A DNA stretch of 64,000 nucleotides from positions 1,152,001-1,216,000 of the forward strand of contig JBJBDL010000003.1 in the NCBI GenBank assembly GCA_047285305.1, in the 5' to 3' direction. The position numbers and the translations under genes were made by a program. The notes beneath the pieces were generated by a model, which ran no database searches, was not told the origin of the DNA, and saw only the letters and a list, made by a program, of their open reading frames with translations. Shown in pieces: positions 27,297-40,313 of the stretch. This stretch comes from Synechococcus sp. Its GTDB lineage: Bacteria > Cyanobacteriota > Cyanobacteriia > PCC-6307 > Cyanobiaceae. Each line of letters opens with the position of its first letter. Position 1 is the stretch's first letter.

Positions 27297-28316
27297 TCAG
27301 TGGCTCATTGCCCATTGGATGATCCCAAGACCACTGAGCCACACGATCTCCAGTCGGCTTGATGCCTTCAGAACAGCCATAACCAAAGGCGCGTTTGCTG
27401 TTGGTTGGCCGGCCCCAAGCACAGGTTTCTGCACCAATCGCTCTCCATACCTGTTTTCGCCTCCAAGTTGGATCCCGATGCAGTGGGCGTAGATCGCTTC
27501 TGAACGACCTGCATTGGGGGATGGATCCGCAGAGCCATCCCTCTCTGCCGCCTGCACCCGTTGCAACCAATGCGTCCAGGGTGGGCAGACCAGGGGCAGC
27601 GTCATCATGACCATCCGACAAGGCAGCCAGTTGAGCAGATCATCGAGGCGAGCTCCGGCTGTCCCTAACCAGCGAAGTCGGCCGCTGCGGTACCCCAGCA
27701 TGGAATCCAGCGTGCTGCCGGCCTTGAATCCCCAGGCCAGCGCTAGCGGACCAGGGCCAGAGGGCAGGACCATCCACAGCAGGGCACCGATCCCCATCCA
27801 GAACAGCGGTGCGAACACTCCATCCACAGCATTCTCTGAGGCTGTTTCAGCTGCGGCCCTGAGCAGTCCCGTGCGATCAAGACTCTGAACGTCTCGTCCA
27901 ACGATCCAGCTCAAGTTCCGGCGGGCTGGTTCGAGATCACCCTCCTCCGCTGAGGGCAGCGCATCAACCACGGCGAGCACGCTGTCCCTGAGGCTGCGAG
28001 CCGCCAGGGCGCTGGCGAGGCTCAGGGTCAGTATCGGAATGCTGAGCCATCTCCATGGGGATGGAAGCCAGAGCAGCCGCTCCAGACACCAGCCCGTCAG
28101 AACGCTGCCAAGCACAAGCATCAGGCTGATCAAGCCTCCCCCGATCCGCAGCTTGATCGGATGGTCCCCCGCCCATAGCTCGACCCAATGCCGCAACTGC
28201 TGAATGCTCCACCCCATCACCACCACGGGGTGGAGCCACCTGCGCGGGTCACCGATCAGCTGATCAAGCAGTGCTGCCCCAATCACTAGCAGGCCTCCCA
28301 ACGCTTCTGAGCTCAT
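27297..28316 (-). CDS. cbiB: Adenosylcobinamide-phosphate synthase CbiB/CobD
   Basis: GDP..LHPVV, IVGRD, ASENAVDG, STLDSMLGYR, SPNAG. Confidence 0.92.
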   Translation of the reverse strand: MSSEALGGLLVIGAALLDQLIGDPRRWLHPVVVMGWSIQQLRHWVELWAGDHPIKLRIGGGLISLMLVLGSVLTGWCLERLLWLPSPWRWLSIPILTLSLASALAARSLRDSVLAVVDALPSAEEGDLEPARRNLSWIVGRDVQSLDRTGLLRAAAETASENAVDGVFAPLFWMGIGALLWMVLPSGPGPLALAWGFKAGSTLDSMLGYRSGRLRWLGTAGARLDDLLNWLPCRMVMMTLPLVCPPWTHWLQRVQAAERDGSADPSPNAGRSEAIYAHCIGIQLGGENRYGERLVQKPVLGAGQPTANAPLVMAVLKASSRLEIVWLSGLGIIQWAMSH

Positions 28317-28435
28317 GGGAGGGGCGTGGCCAGAAACCAACAAAAATCCCCGCTATGCGCCGTTAGGGCAACAGAGCGGGGGGTGAGGTGAGTGATGGTG
28401 TCTGATGCCACTGGCTGTTCAGCGCTTGCGCTGGA

Positions 28436-29467
<1,032 letters not shown>

Positions 29468-29493
29468 TTACGCAGCGGCCTGCCCCGTTCTGT

Positions 29494-30096
29494 TCAGGCC
29501 TCGTTCGGATGGGAGATGACGCGGTCGATCAGGCCGTATTCCTTGGCTTCTTCAGCGCTGAGGAAGTAGTCCCGGTCAGTGTCCTTCTCGATCTTCTCGA
29601 AGCTCTGGCCACTCATATCGGCCAGGGAGCGGTTGAGCATCTCCTTCATCCGCAGGATCTCCCGTGCTTCGATTTCGATGTCACTGGCCTGGCGACGGCT
29701 GGTGCCGCCAAGGGGCTGGTGAATCATGATCCTGCTGTGGGGCAGGGCGACCCGCTTTCCCTTGGTTCCAGCGGCGAGGAGGAAGGCACCCATGGATGCA
29801 GCAAGGCCAACGCAGATGGTCACCACTTCGCTCTTGACGTACTGGATGGTGTCGTAGATAGCCAGTCCAGCCGTGACGGAGCCACCTGGGGAGTTGATGT
29901 AAAGGTAGATCGGCTTGCTGCTGTCTTCCGAGTCCAAATAGAGCATCTGGGCAACCAGGCTGTTGGCGATGCCGTCATTGACCTCAGAGCCAAGGAAGAG
30001 GATCCTCTCCACCCCGAGACGGGTGTAGATGTCGACCCAGCGCTCCATCTGGCTGCCGGGCAGGCGGTAGGGAACGCTGGGAGTACCGATCGGCAT
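29494..30096 (-). CDS. clpP: ATP-dependent Clp protease proteolytic subunit
   Basis: YINSPGG, GLAASMG, IMIHQP. Confidence 0.96.
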   Translation of the reverse strand: MPIGTPSVPYRLPGSQMERWVDIYTRLGVERILFLGSEVNDGIANSLVAQMLYLDSEDSSKPIYLYINSPGGSVTAGLAIYDTIQYVKSEVVTICVGLAASMGAFLLAAGTKGKRVALPHSRIMIHQPLGGTSRRQASDIEIEAREILRMKEMLNRSLADMSGQSFEKIEKDTDRDYFLSAEEAKEYGLIDRVISHPNEA

Positions 30097-30149
30097 GATT
30101 CAGAACGATGATGGAGGAAGGACAGGAGGGTTGGGTCTGATGCCGTCGG

Positions 30150-30818
30150 TCAGACGGGGGGATTGCCAGGCAGGTCCTTGCGGCTGCTGAGCACGCGGTC
30201 GATGAGTCCGTACTCAACGGCTTGTTGAGGAGTGAGGTAGCTCATCCGGTCGGAGTCCTTGCTCAGCTCTTCCACAGAACGACCTGTGTTGGTGGAAAGG
30301 ATCTCGAGCATCGCCTGCTTGTTATGCAGCACTTCTTTGGCCCGGATCTGGATGTCCGTCGCCTGGCCGCGGGCGCCGCTGCGGGGCTGGTGCAGAACGA
30401 TGGAGGAGTGAGGCAATGCGGCACGTTGACCTTTGGTCCCTGCCGAAAGGATCACCGCCGCCGTGCCCATGGCCTGGCCGATGCAGATGGTGTGCACCGG
30501 AGGCTTCACATAGCGGAGGGTGTCGCAGATGGCGAAGGCTTCGGTTTCGAACCCGATGGCATCACCCGAGTACCAGCTGGTGCCTGTGGAGTTGATGTAG
30601 AAGTAGATCGGCTTCTCTGGGTTGTCGAACTCTAGATAGAGCAGCTGAGCGATGATCAGCTCAGTAACGTCTATGCCCATCTGACGCTTGGCGTCGTCGT
30701 CAGAGAACAGGGGCAAGCCCAAGTAGACGATTCGCTCCTTGAGCAGTAGTGAGGGAAGGTCTGGAGGTGGTGTGCGCATCACGGCGCTGTCGCCGTAGTA
30801 CGGGGCCGAAGTTGTCAT
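30150..30818 (-). CDS. clpR: ClpR non-catalytic Clp subunit
   Basis: RTPPPDLPSLLLKERIVYLG, YINSTG, QAMGTA lacking the catalytic Ser. Confidence 0.9.
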   Translation of the reverse strand: MTTSAPYYGDSAVMRTPPPDLPSLLLKERIVYLGLPLFSDDDAKRQMGIDVTELIIAQLLYLEFDNPEKPIYFYINSTGTSWYSGDAIGFETEAFAICDTLRYVKPPVHTICIGQAMGTAAVILSAGTKGQRAALPHSSIVLHQPRSGARGQATDIQIRAKEVLHNKQAMLEILSTNTGRSVEELSKDSDRMSYLTPQQAVEYGLIDRVLSSRKDLPGNPPV

Positions 30819-30842
30819 CTCCACCATCGCGGTGGGGCGAGC

Positions 30843-32000
30843 CTAGCCGGGGTCAGCGGGCTTGCGGTTGCTGGTTTTGGCCGGTTTTCCCTGACTTTTC
30901 GATTTGGTTGAGGGCTTGGTGTCGGTTGATGCATCGTTCTCGTCCAACCGTGCAAACACCATGCGGCCGGTTGGGGTTTGCAGGGCACCGGTCACCACCA
31001 CTGGCTTGCGTTGGCCTATCAGCGATTTCGCATCGTTGACCACCACCATCGTTCCGTCATCGAGGTAGCCGACACCCTGACTGTCCTCCTTGCCCTCACG
31101 CACGATCTTGAGTTTGAGCTCGTCGCCGGGTTGCACTTCAGGCCGCAACGCGATTACCAACTCACTCAGATTCATCACCTTCAGGTCTTTGACCTGGGCC
31201 ACCTGCGCCAGATTGAAGTCTGCGGTCACCAGCGTGCCGCCGGTGTCGGATGCCAATTGCAGCAGTCGGTCGTCCGTTCCCTTGCCGTCGTAACGGGTGC
31301 TGTTGATCACCAACCGCCGCCCGTAGGTTTCCCGCAGATCCTTCAGAAGCTTCAGGCCACGTCGGCCCTTGGCTCGCTTTTCGATGTTGGTGGAATCCGA
31401 CAGCTGCTGCATCTCATCGATCACTGATTCGGCAACGATCACTTGCCCTTCCAGTAATCCGCAGGCGAGCATGCCCCGGATCCGGCCATCGATGATCACG
31501 CTGGTGTCCAGGATCTTGGCCGTGGCGGGGGTCAGCACCCCATCAGCCACCAGCAGCGCCTCGGTGCTGGCGGGATTGAACAGGCGCAGCAGCGTGCGGC
31601 CGTGAACTTCCGCCAGGTTGCTTCCCAGAATTCCAAAAAAGACATTGCTCACCACCGCCAGAAGGGGTTTGAGCAGAACAATCCCTCCGGAGAATGGAAG
31701 CAGCAGAACAGGCAGCAGCAGCAGGTTGGCCACCAGCAGCCCCAGGATCAGGCCGACAGCCCGGCTCACCAGAAGATCGGTGGGCATGGTGCGCACCTGT
31801 TGCATCAGGCGCACCCGCAGCTTTTTGAACACCAGGCCTGCGATCAAGCCGATGCCACCGCCAGCTCCGCTGAGCTGGAGACGCAACTGTTCAGCATTGG
31901 TGGTTGCACTCACCAGGCCGTCGGGCAGCAAGTGAATCCCCATCCACCCGGCAGCTGCACCGGAAACCACAAACAGAAGCAGGATGATCGGATCCACCAT
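30843..32000 (-). CDS. PIN/TRAM domain membrane protein
   Basis: ILDTSVIIDGRI, RGRRGL-like, QGVGYLDDGTMVVV, LQTPTGRMVF. Confidence 0.92.
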   Translation of the reverse strand: MVDPIILLLFVVSGAAAGWMGIHLLPDGLVSATTNAEQLRLQLSGAGGGIGLIAGLVFKKLRVRLMQQVRTMPTDLLVSRAVGLILGLLVANLLLLPVLLLPFSGGIVLLKPLLAVVSNVFFGILGSNLAEVHGRTLLRLFNPASTEALLVADGVLTPATAKILDTSVIIDGRIRGMLACGLLEGQVIVAESVIDEMQQLSDSTNIEKRAKGRRGLKLLKDLRETYGRRLVINSTRYDGKGTDDRLLQLASDTGGTLVTADFNLAQVAQVKDLKVMNLSELVIALRPEVQPGDELKLKIVREGKEDSQGVGYLDDGTMVVVNDAKSLIGQRKPVVVTGALQTPTGRMVFARLDENDASTDTKPSTKSKSQGKPAKTSNRKPADPG

Positions 32001-32039
32001 GGGTTCAGGTCGTGGCAGCTCGATCCGGATGCCAGAAGC

Positions 32040-33245
32040 ATGCCTTATCCCATCCCGCCCCGCAGCGCCTACCTCCACATTCCCTTCTGCCACCGGCGCT
32101 GTTATTACTGCGATTTCGCTGTGGTTCCCCTGGGGGACCAAGCCCGCGCCGACAACGGGCCTGGCAGTCGCTCTATCCGTGAGTACCTGAGCCTGCTGCA
32201 TCGGGAAATCGCCTCTGCCCCAGGGGGTCCTCCCTTATCCACTGTGTATATCGGCGGGGGAACGCCATCGCTGTTGTGCCCCGATCAGATCGGAGAACTG
32301 ATCGATGCCTTGGTCAACAAATTCGGTCTTCAACCGGGTGCGGAAATCACCCTGGAGATGGATCCTGCCACCTTTGATTCTGCGCAGTTGGCCTCCGTTC
32401 TGGCCCATGGCGTGAACCGCATCAGCCTGGGGGGGCAGAGCTTTGATGATGCGGTACTAGAGCAGCTGGGGCGTCGGCATCGCCAGAGCGACCTCCATGC
32501 GGCGATCGACTGGCTGGTTCAGGCCTGGCGGGATGGCGCGCTTAGGTCCTGGAGTCTCGATCTCATCCAGAACCTCCCGGGCCAGACCCTGTCTGGTTGG
32601 GATGCGCAGTTGGATCAGGCCATTGCCAGTCAGGCTCCCCATCTCTCGATTTACGACCTCTCGGTGGAGCCGGGCACGGTGTTTGATCGCCAACGATCTC
32701 TTGGACTGTTGCAGCTGCCGGAGGACGACCTTGCCGTTGCCTTGATGGAGCGGACCACGCAACGGCTGGCGGCTGCTGGACTCAGCCGCTATGAGATTTC
32801 CAACCATGCCCGTCCGGGTCATGCCTCCCGTCACAACCGGGTGTACTGGAGCGGTGCCGGTTGGTGGGGTTTTGGCATGGGAGCGACATCAGCACCCTGG
32901 GGGGTGCGTTTAGCACGACCCCGCACCCGCGACGCCTACGCGGAATGGCTGGATCACCCTCCTGAAGAATCAATCGAAGAGGCTGGTCTCCCCCTGGATG
33001 ATCAATTGCTGGTGGGTCTGCGGCGCCGGGAAGGGGTGACCCTTCAAGGTCTGGATGCTGATGCCCTGGTGCGCCGTTGGCAACCGTTTGTTGAGCGTGG
33101 ATGGCTGCAGCAGCGGGCAGGCCGTTGGTGCCTGACCGACCCCGAGGGCATGGCCCTCAGCAATCAGGTGCTGATTGAGGTGATTCTGTGGTGGGAAGAG
33201 TGTTGTTCCGGGTCTGCTGGACCCAACCCTTCAACGCGTCGATGA
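32040..33245 (+). CDS. hemW: Radical SAM heme chaperone HemW
   Basis: [27 protein letters not shown]. Confidence 0.92.
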   Translation: MPYPIPPRSAYLHIPFCHRRCYYCDFAVVPLGDQARADNGPGSRSIREYLSLLHREIASAPGGPPLSTVYIGGGTPSLLCPDQIGELIDALVNKFGLQPGAEITLEMDPATFDSAQLASVLAHGVNRISLGGQSFDDAVLEQLGRRHRQSDLHAAIDWLVQAWRDGALRSWSLDLIQNLPGQTLSGWDAQLDQAIASQAPHLSIYDLSVEPGTVFDRQRSLGLLQLPEDDLAVALMERTTQRLAAAGLSRYEISNHARPGHASRHNRVYWSGAGWWGFGMGATSAPWGVRLARPRTRDAYAEWLDHPPEESIEEAGLPLDDQLLVGLRRREGVTLQGLDADALVRRWQPFVERGWLQQRAGRWCLTDPEGMALSNQVLIEVILWWEECCSGSAGPNPSTRR

Positions 33246-33972
33246 ACAGGCGGCGGCCATCCACCAGCGCTGGGCTGAAGGGAGGTTGTTTGGCGGTGAG
33301 CCCCAGCAGGTCTGCGGTGACGCGCACCTGGCCGTCGCAGTCGTCACCTGCCCCGATGCCGATCACCGGGATGGTCAGGGCCTGCTGCACCCGGCGCGCC
33401 AGATCCCCAGGAACATGTTCCAGCACCAGGGAGAAGCAGCCCTTCTGCTCGAGGGTGCGCGCCTGATCCACCAGGCGTTCCTGGCTGATGGCGTCCGTGG
33501 CCTGGCGCCGGTACCCCAGACGATGCACGGCCTGGGGGGTGAGGCCCAGATGCCCCATCACGGGAATGCCCATGCGCACCAGACGGTCGATCACGGCGAC
33601 AACCTCGGGTTCCGCCCCCTCCAATTTCACAGCCGCTGCGCTGGACTCCTTCAACAGACGCCCTGCGGCAGCCACGGCTCGGTCTTCGCCGCACTGGTAG
33701 CTGAGAAAGGGCAGGTCACAGACCAGCACCGGCTGATCGGCGGGCATGGTCGTCAATCCCCGGGCCACCGCCTGGGTGTGATGAAGCATCTGCTCCAGGC
33801 TCACCGGGAGTGTTGTGGCGTGGCCCAGCGCCACCATCGCCAGTGAATCACCGATCAGCAGCACGTCTGCACCGGCGGCTTCCGCCAGAGCTGCAGAGAG
33901 GCTGTCCCAAGCGGTGAGCACGGCGATGGGTTGGCCCTTCTGCTTGAAGAGGATCAGATCAGAAGGACGCAT
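33157..33972 (-). CDS. panB: 3-methyl-2-oxobutanoate hydroxymethyltransferase
   Basis: [31 protein letters not shown]. Confidence 0.96.
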   Translation of the reverse strand: MRPSDLILFKQKGQPIAVLTAWDSLSAALAEAAGADVLLIGDSLAMVALGHATTLPVSLEQMLHHTQAVARGLTTMPADQPVLVCDLPFLSYQCGEDRAVAAAGRLLKESSAAAVKLEGAEPEVVAVIDRLVRMGIPVMGHLGLTPQAVHRLGYRRQATDAISQERLVDQARTLEQKGCFSLVLEHVPGDLARRVQQALTIPVIGIGAGDDCDGQVRVTADLLGLTAKQPPFSPALVDGRRLFIDALKGWVQQTRNNTLPTTESPQSAPDC

Positions 33973-34014
33973 GCAGCTTCAGAACCCCTCGGGGGCTCAT
34001 TGCTAGCATTAAGC

Positions 34015-34110
34015 CGATTCGGGCCCATGCGGCTCTGACGCCCAAACCTGGTCAGGACCGGAAGGGAGCAGCCACACGGGATGCTCAGGGCAGGCGTGGG
34101 TTCCGGGTCA
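34015..34110 (+). ncRNA. ffs: Signal recognition particle RNA (ends approximate)
   Basis: Domain IV CAGGACCGGAAGGGAGCAG within a long hairpin GGGCCCATGC...GCGTGGGTTC. Confidence 0.9.
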
Positions 34111-34154
34111 CCACCTTCAAATGAGCTGTCAGACCGCGTGGTCTGACAGGACTC

Positions 34155-35264
34155 TCACAATGTGCTGTTGTCCTGTTGCTGACGGCGACGCAGAAATTCA
34201 GGAATGCGGGCGCCGTTCTCTTCGGGTTCTCCACGATTCAGGATTCCGGGCACAGAGCGGCTGCGCTCGCTGCGATAAGGCTGCTTGTTCTCAAAGCCTG
34301 TGGCAATCACCGTGACGTGGATCTCGCCTTCGAGAGCCTCATCCACCACAGCACCCACGATTATGTTCGCTTCGGGGTCGACAACGTCGTAGATCACCTC
34401 GGATGCCGTGGTCATGTCCTCCAGGGTCATGTCCTTTCCGCCGCTGATGTTGATCACACAGCCCTTGGCGCCATCGATGCGCTCGGTTTCAAGCAGGGGG
34501 CTGGCGATCGCAGCCTGGGCAGCCTCCACTGCTCTCGAGCGACCGGAACCGATGCCAATGCCTAGCAGTGCTGTGCCTGCTTCGGTCATCACCGAGCGAA
34601 CGTCAGCAAAGTCAACGTTCACCAGGCCCGGGCAGGTGATGATGTCGCTAATGCCTTTGACGCCCATGCGTAGGACGTCGTCCGCACTCCGGAAGGCTTC
34701 CTGAAGGGGTGCTCCGCCGATGGCATCACGCAGACGGTCGTTGGGGATCACGATCAGGGTGTCCACGTGTTCAGCCAACCGAGCGATGCCTTCGTCGGCC
34801 TGACGCATGCGACGACGGCCCTCGAAGCTGAACGGTTTGGTCACGATGCCCACGGTGAGAGCACCGACCTCACGGGCCACTTCGGCCACCACCGGTGCTG
34901 CACCAGTTCCCGTTCCACCGCCCATACCAGCGGCAATGAACACCAGATCAGAGCCTTGCAGCGCATCGTGAAGATCAGTGCGGGATTCCTCGGCTGCCTT
35001 CTGACCAATGGTGGGGTTGCCGCCGGCACCCAGTCCGCGGGTCAGGGTCTGCCCCAACTGCAGCCGTTGCTGGGCCTGCGACTGAATCAGGGCCTGCGCA
35101 TCGGTATTGAGAACGCGGTATCCAACCCCCTCAAGGTCGCTGAGGATCATTCGGTTGACGGCATTGCTACCGCCACCTCCAACGCCGATGACCTCGATGC
35201 GGGCGGACTGGCTGGGCTGGATACCAGCTGCCGTGAAAGACCCTGAGCCGCTCACCATCTCCAT
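34155..35264 (-). CDS. ftsZ: Cell division protein FtsZ
   Basis: [26 protein letters not shown]. Confidence 0.98.
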   Translation of the reverse strand: MEMVSGSGSFTAAGIQPSQSARIEVIGVGGGGSNAVNRMILSDLEGVGYRVLNTDAQALIQSQAQQRLQLGQTLTRGLGAGGNPTIGQKAAEESRTDLHDALQGSDLVFIAAGMGGGTGTGAAPVVAEVAREVGALTVGIVTKPFSFEGRRRMRQADEGIARLAEHVDTLIVIPNDRLRDAIGGAPLQEAFRSADDVLRMGVKGISDIITCPGLVNVDFADVRSVMTEAGTALLGIGIGSGRSRAVEAAQAAIASPLLETERIDGAKGCVINISGGKDMTLEDMTTASEVIYDVVDPEANIIVGAVVDEALEGEIHVTVIATGFENKQPYRSERSRSVPGILNRGEPEENGARIPEFLRRRQQQDNSTL

Positions 35265-35381
35265 CGTCGAGGCAGAACCGTGTGGTTGCGTTGCATTATG
35301 TCCCTGAAGCATTGTCTCGGCTTGAACAGATCACAAACCCGGCGCTGAGGTTGTGGTCTCCAGATTTTCCACCTGTTGGTT

Positions 35382-36227
35382 TCAGGGTCCAGTTTTGACC
35401 TGCTTGGGGGCGGGTGGCGCCGGCAGTTGCAGTTCCGGGCGGTCCGGATTGCTGAGATCAAGGCTGCTGTGATGGGCCTGGCGCAGGTGCTTCGGCAACG
35501 TCTTGTTCAGATGGAGGATCGTTTCGATCTGGGCATTGAGGAGGGCCGGTTCGCCGCCGAGATCGATCCGGCCCAGTGCGGTGGTGATCAGACTGATGTT
35601 GCCGTCCGGATCAAGCACGATGGCTTTCAGCATCCCCGCCAAGCGATTCCGTTGTTTCAGCAGCGCAGCGACCTGACCGCGTTGCGGGCTATTCCAGCCG
35701 CGCACCATGATGTCCGTGAGCGGTTCTGATACTGCGTCGCTCAGGGGAATCCATTCGCCTGCGGAGTTGAGCAGCCCCCGTTCCCGTCCAGCGGGTCCCC
35801 GACGCTCAGCTCGTGCGATTGGAATCTCCGGCTTCAGGCTGATGACGAGGCGAGCGGGGAGCATCCGGCGCTGCACGTGAGCGCTGTGAACTGGTAATGC
35901 CCTGACCAGCTGTTGTTCCAGTTCCCTCGGATTCACCTCCAGCAGGGGTGAGGGAAAGCGCAGCTTGGCGGCCTCGATCATCTGATTCGTCTCAATGGCA
36001 GCACCGCCGGTCAGGATGACTGCCTCAGGGCTCCGAAGCGCCCAGCCATGGCGCAGCAAGATCCAGCTGAATCCGCCACTGAGCAGCAGCAAGGCCACAA
36101 AGCGCCAGAGCTGGAGCAACAGGGTCTGGCGGCGCTGCCGGCGCAAGTCCCGGCGCCGGGCGACCTGAGCGGAAACCGGCCGTTGTGAGGGTTTGTTGTT
36201 GGTTGAGACCCGGCTCACAGGTCGCAT
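35382..36227 (-). CDS. ftsQ: Cell division protein FtsQ/DivIB
   Basis: Basic N-terminus, one TM segment, POTRA-like region; upstream of ftsZ. Confidence 0.85.
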   Translation of the reverse strand: MRPVSRVSTNNKPSQRPVSAQVARRRDLRRQRRQTLLLQLWRFVALLLLSGGFSWILLRHGWALRSPEAVILTGGAAIETNQMIEAAKLRFPSPLLEVNPRELEQQLVRALPVHSAHVQRRMLPARLVISLKPEIPIARAERRGPAGRERGLLNSAGEWIPLSDAVSEPLTDIMVRGWNSPQRGQVAALLKQRNRLAGMLKAIVLDPDGNISLITTALGRIDLGGEPALLNAQIETILHLNKTLPKHLRQAHHSSLDLSNPDRPELQLPAPPAPKQVKTGP

Positions 36228-36625
36228 CGGGCCCGTGCCATCAGCTGCTCACCCCAGCCGCGCGCGCGGTCGGCATCAGAGAAAGGCACATCCATCTGCA
36301 GACCTTTCCCGATGAGGCGCAGCCGACAACGCCCCTGGGATTCATCGGTGAGGGGCGCATCACCGGATGCCAGCGACATCAGTTCCACAAGCTCGAGTTT
36401 GCAGACATCAAACGAGCCCTGATCCTGAAAACTTCCCGCTTCGAAGCTGCTCCAGTGGAGTACACCGTCTTTCAGACGAGCACCACCACAACCGTCGAGC
36501 TTCGCGAGTTCGGAGCCTTCGGCCCAGGTGCGAAATAGGTTTTGGCGCCGCCGTTCCAGCCACCCGAGCGAAGCCAGCAGCACAAAGGCCAGCAGCAGAG
36601 GAAACCAGAGCAGTCCGTGGCTCAT
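36215..36625 (-). CDS. Conserved cyanobacterial hypothetical protein
   Basis: HGLLWFPLL...GWLE...AKLD; lies between ddl and ftsQ. Confidence 0.75.
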   Translation of the reverse strand: MSHGLLWFPLLLAFVLLASLGWLERRRQNLFRTWAEGSELAKLDGCGGARLKDGVLHWSSFEAGSFQDQGSFDVCKLELVELMSLASGDAPLTDESQGRCRLRLIGKGLQMDVPFSDADRARGWGEQLMARARCDL

Positions 36626-36648
36626 GGGTTAGGCGAAGGACGCTGCAC

Positions 36649-37701
36649 TCATTCTCCTGCGGTTTGGATCAGTTTGTGCACCAACTGTTCGAGTGTTACT
36701 CCGCTGGCCGCCCAGAGCATCGGGAACATGCTCTGGGCCGTGAAACCGGGCAGGGTATTGATTTCGTTGATCCAGAGCTGATCGTTGGCGTCGTCGTAGA
36801 AGAAATCCACCCGACCCATGCCGTTGACGCCCACGGCAGCGCAGGCCTGCAGGGCCTGGGCGCGGATGCGTTCAGCTACTTCATCGGGTAGGGGAGCTGG
36901 AATCAACGTGGTGCTGCGCCCTGCGGTGTATTTCGTCTCGTAGTCGTACCAGTCCGCATCAAAACGAACCTCACCGATCACCGACGCTTCGAGCGTGCGT
37001 CCCCCCAGGACGGCGCATTCCACCTCTCGGGCGTTGACGCCCTGCTCCACCACCAGCCTTGGATCGAGCGCTGCGGCCTGGTTGAGGCCTGCTTCCAGTT
37101 CTTGGCGGGAACGCACCTTGCTGATGCCCACCGAGGAGCCAAGATTGGCGGGCTTTACAAAGCAGGGGTAGTTCAGTTCGCGTTCAATCCGATCCAAGAG
37201 GGCCGATCGGCTGATCGCGTTCTCGAGTTCGGACGCGTGAAGGGCCACATAGGGCACCTGGGACAGCCCGGCGCTGGAAAAGGCAGATTTCATCGCCTGC
37301 TTGTCCATGCTGACGGCAGAGCCGAGCACGCCGGCGCCCACGAACGGTTTGCCGGTCAGCTGGAACAACCCCTGAATGGTGCCGTCCTCTCCATTGGGAC
37401 CATGCAGCACCGGGTACCAGAGGTCAACTGCATCACATCTCTCCGGGAACCCCTGGAATCCTGAGGGGGGCAGAGGTGGGTTGAGCTCCGGTGCGGTTTC
37501 GGAGGTCAGGGTTGCCTCGGACAGATCCTTTCCCCACCAGCGACCATCACGGTCGATGTAGATCGGCTGCACCGAGTATCGCTCTCGGTTCTGCCCGCTG
37601 CGCAGGCCTCGGACGATGGTCGCCGCAGATCGGATCGACACGTCATGCTCTCCAGAGCGGCCTCCAAAGACGAGCCCGACCGTGATGGGACTGGACGGCA
37701 T
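36649..37701 (-). CDS. ddl: D-alanine--D-alanine ligase
   Basis: [38 protein letters not shown]. Confidence 0.97.
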   Translation of the reverse strand: MPSSPITVGLVFGGRSGEHDVSIRSAATIVRGLRSGQNRERYSVQPIYIDRDGRWWGKDLSEATLTSETAPELNPPLPPSGFQGFPERCDAVDLWYPVLHGPNGEDGTIQGLFQLTGKPFVGAGVLGSAVSMDKQAMKSAFSSAGLSQVPYVALHASELENAISRSALLDRIERELNYPCFVKPANLGSSVGISKVRSRQELEAGLNQAAALDPRLVVEQGVNAREVECAVLGGRTLEASVIGEVRFDADWYDYETKYTAGRSTTLIPAPLPDEVAERIRAQALQACAAVGVNGMGRVDFFYDDANDQLWINEINTLPGFTAQSMFPMLWAASGVTLEQLVHKLIQTAGE

Positions 37702-37752
37702 GAATGCTGCGACCCCTGAGCGGTGGGAGCGCCAAAGGTATCAGCGTTGTGC

Positions 37753-39147
37753 TCAGTGGGGCAGGGGGCTGCCGCTCAGTGAAAAGGAGCGCACCGCATC
37801 GATGCGCACCGGCACGAGATCGCCCGCTTTGTAGGCACGACCATCTGCTCCGGTGGAGCTGAAGAAGGTCAGGCGATTGGTGCGGGTTCGCCCCATCAGC
37901 TGCGATGGGTCCTTGGGGTTGATGCCCTCCGCCAGCACTTCTTCCGTGCGCCCCTCGTAGCGGGCATTGGCCTTGCGGGCGCAGCGTTCCACCAGAGCAT
38001 TGATTTCGCGCAGGCGTTGCACCTTCACCTCCTCCGGCAGCTGGTTGTCCCAATTGGCTGCAGGGGTATTGGGCCGGGGTGAATAGGCCGCTGTGTTCAC
38101 CTGATCGAAACCGATCTCTTCGATCAGATCGAGGGTGCGGCGGTACTGCGCATCGGTTTCGCCAGGGAAGGCAACGATCACATCGGCACTAAGGGAGGCA
38201 TCAGGCATGCGCTCACGGATGCGGTTGATAATCCGCCGGTAGCGCTCAACGGTGTAGCCCCGGGCCATGGCCTGCAACACGTCGTTGTCCCCGCTCTGAA
38301 ACGGAATGTGGAAGTGTTCGCAGAGCTTGGGCAGGTCGGCACAGGCATCGATCAGCCGCTCGGTGAAGTAGCGCGGATGGCTGGTGGCAAAACGGATCCG
38401 TTCAATGCCCTCCACGTCGTGGACCTGATGGAGCAAATCCGTGAGGGTGTGTTGGCGGCGACCCTCCGGCGTGATGCCCGGCAGATCCCGGCCGTAGGCA
38501 TCAATGTTCTGGCCGAGCAGAGTGATTTCTTTGTAGCCCTGGGCGGCAAGACCCTCCATTTCCAACTTGATCGCCTGGGGCAGCCGTGATTGTTCCTTGC
38601 CGCGCACGGAGGGCACCACGCAGTAGGTGCAACGTTCGTTGCAGCCGTAGATCACGTTCACCCAGCCGCAGATGCTGCTGTCCCGGCGGGCCGTGGTGAT
38701 GTCTTCAAGGATGTGGTGGTCTTCGGTGGCGACCACCTGCTGACCGCTGTCCACCTGCAACAGAAGGGTTTCAAGCCGATTGGCGTGCTGCGGTCCCATC
38801 ACCAGATCAAGCTCCGGCACCCGTCGGAGCAGGGATTCACCCTCCTGCTGAGCAACGCAGCCCGCCACAACCAGGGTGAGATTGGGGTTGCTGCGTTTCC
38901 GCTGGGCCTGTCTGCCGAGGTAGCTGTAAACCTTTTGCTCGGCGTTGTCCCGGATGGTGCAGGTGTTGTAGAGCACAAGATCGGCATCCAGTTCGGCTGA
39001 AGCCTCCCGATAGCCCATGGCCTCCAGGATTCCCGCCATCCGTTCGGAATCCGCCTTGTTCATCTGGCAGCCGAACGTGGTGATCCAGTAGCTGCCACGC
39101 TGGGGGTTGGTGGTGGCGTCAGTGGCGAGGGGGGCGGAGGCGACCAA
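37753..39147 (-). CDS. miaB: tRNA methylthiotransferase MiaB
   Basis: [22 protein letters not shown]-terminal TRAM domain. Confidence 0.96.
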   Translation of the reverse strand: MVASAPLATDATTNPQRGSYWITTFGCQMNKADSERMAGILEAMGYREASAELDADLVLYNTCTIRDNAEQKVYSYLGRQAQRKRSNPNLTLVVAGCVAQQEGESLLRRVPELDLVMGPQHANRLETLLLQVDSGQQVVATEDHHILEDITTARRDSSICGWVNVIYGCNERCTYCVVPSVRGKEQSRLPQAIKLEMEGLAAQGYKEITLLGQNIDAYGRDLPGITPEGRRQHTLTDLLHQVHDVEGIERIRFATSHPRYFTERLIDACADLPKLCEHFHIPFQSGDNDVLQAMARGYTVERYRRIINRIRERMPDASLSADVIVAFPGETDAQYRRTLDLIEEIGFDQVNTAAYSPRPNTPAANWDNQLPEEVKVQRLREINALVERCARKANARYEGRTEEVLAEGINPKDPSQLMGRTRTNRLTFFSSTGADGRAYKAGDLVPVRIDAVRSFSLSGSPLPH

Positions 39148-39215
39148 ATCTCTGGCTCAAGCCTTCTCAGTGTGAGTCACAGCGGTGTTGTGTCAGTTTG
39201 GGGATTGACAGCCGG

Positions 39216-40313
39216 ATGGCGATGAGCTGGGCCCTCACACGGTTTTCGCTCACCAAGGCCGTGCCCCTCACGATCAGCAGGGGCACCACAGCTGCCGTGG
39301 TGCGGTTGGAGATCAGGTTGGAACGTGATGGGCTGGTCGGCCGCGGCGAGACCGGTGGATTTGAGACCGGCCACCGAGCCTTTGCCCTGGAGGCTGTGGA
39401 ACAGGAACTGTTGGGGCTTTTGTCGCAACTGGAAGCTCTGGATCCCCACCGTCCGCAACGGTTCGAGCCCCTGCTTGCATCCCTAAGTCCCCCGGCCCGT
39501 TGTGCCATCGACCTGGCCTTGTGGGACTGGCATGGGCAACGGCTCGGCCATCCGCTGTGGCGGCTCTGGGGATTGGATCCAGCCGAGGGTGTGGCCACCA
39601 GCGTCACCCTGGGACTGGCTTCTGTGGATGCCGTGTTGGATCGTCTCGAACGCTGGTGGACGCAGCTGCCGGCGACGCGAGTGAAGCTCAAGCTGGGCAG
39701 CCCCGATGGCTTGGACCACGACCTCAGCCTGTTGGGGGCGGTGGCCCAGGCCGTCACGGATCGATCCCAGCGGCAGGGTGTGGCAATCGAACTGCAGGTG
39801 GATGCCAATGGCGGATGGACTGTGAATCAAGCCAGGCGAATGCTGGACCCCCTGGCCGCACACCAAGTGGTGCTGCTGGAGCAACCTCTGGCTCCCGATC
39901 TGGATCCCACGCGGGACACAGCGGGATTCGCGGCGCTGCATCCGCACTGTGCAATGGCCTTGGTGGCGGATGAAAGTTGCTGGGATCTGGAGGATCTGCT
40001 GCGCCTGGCTCCAGTAGTGGATGGCGTGAATCTCAAGCTGCTGAAGACCGGGGGGCTCAGTCAGGCCTTGTTAATGGCCCAAGTGGCGCAGAAGAAGGGG
40101 CTGGATCTGATGGTGGGTTGCTACTCCGACAGTTCGTTGTTGAACGGTGCAGCGGCCCAGATTTTGCCTCTGATTCGTTGGCCGGATCTCGACAGCCATC
40201 TCAACTTGGTGGATGACCCCTTTGTTGGCCTTGAGTTGCAGGACGATCGTCTGCGGCCTTCGACGATGACTGGATTGGGGATCCGCCAGGCAGGAGGCAC
40301 AGCAGCGTTATGA
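39216..40313 (+). CDS. Dipeptide (L-Ala-D/L-Glu) epimerase, enolase superfamily
   Basis: KLKLG, VDANGGW, EQP, ADES, DLDSH. Confidence 0.88.
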   Translation: MAMSWALTRFSLTKAVPLTISRGTTAAVVRLEIRLERDGLVGRGETGGFETGHRAFALEAVEQELLGLLSQLEALDPHRPQRFEPLLASLSPPARCAIDLALWDWHGQRLGHPLWRLWGLDPAEGVATSVTLGLASVDAVLDRLERWWTQLPATRVKLKLGSPDGLDHDLSLLGAVAQAVTDRSQRQGVAIELQVDANGGWTVNQARRMLDPLAAHQVVLLEQPLAPDLDPTRDTAGFAALHPHCAMALVADESCWDLEDLLRLAPVVDGVNLKLLKTGGLSQALLMAQVAQKKGLDLMVGCYSDSSLLNGAAAQILPLIRWPDLDSHLNLVDDPFVGLELQDDRLRPSTMTGLGIRQAGGTAAL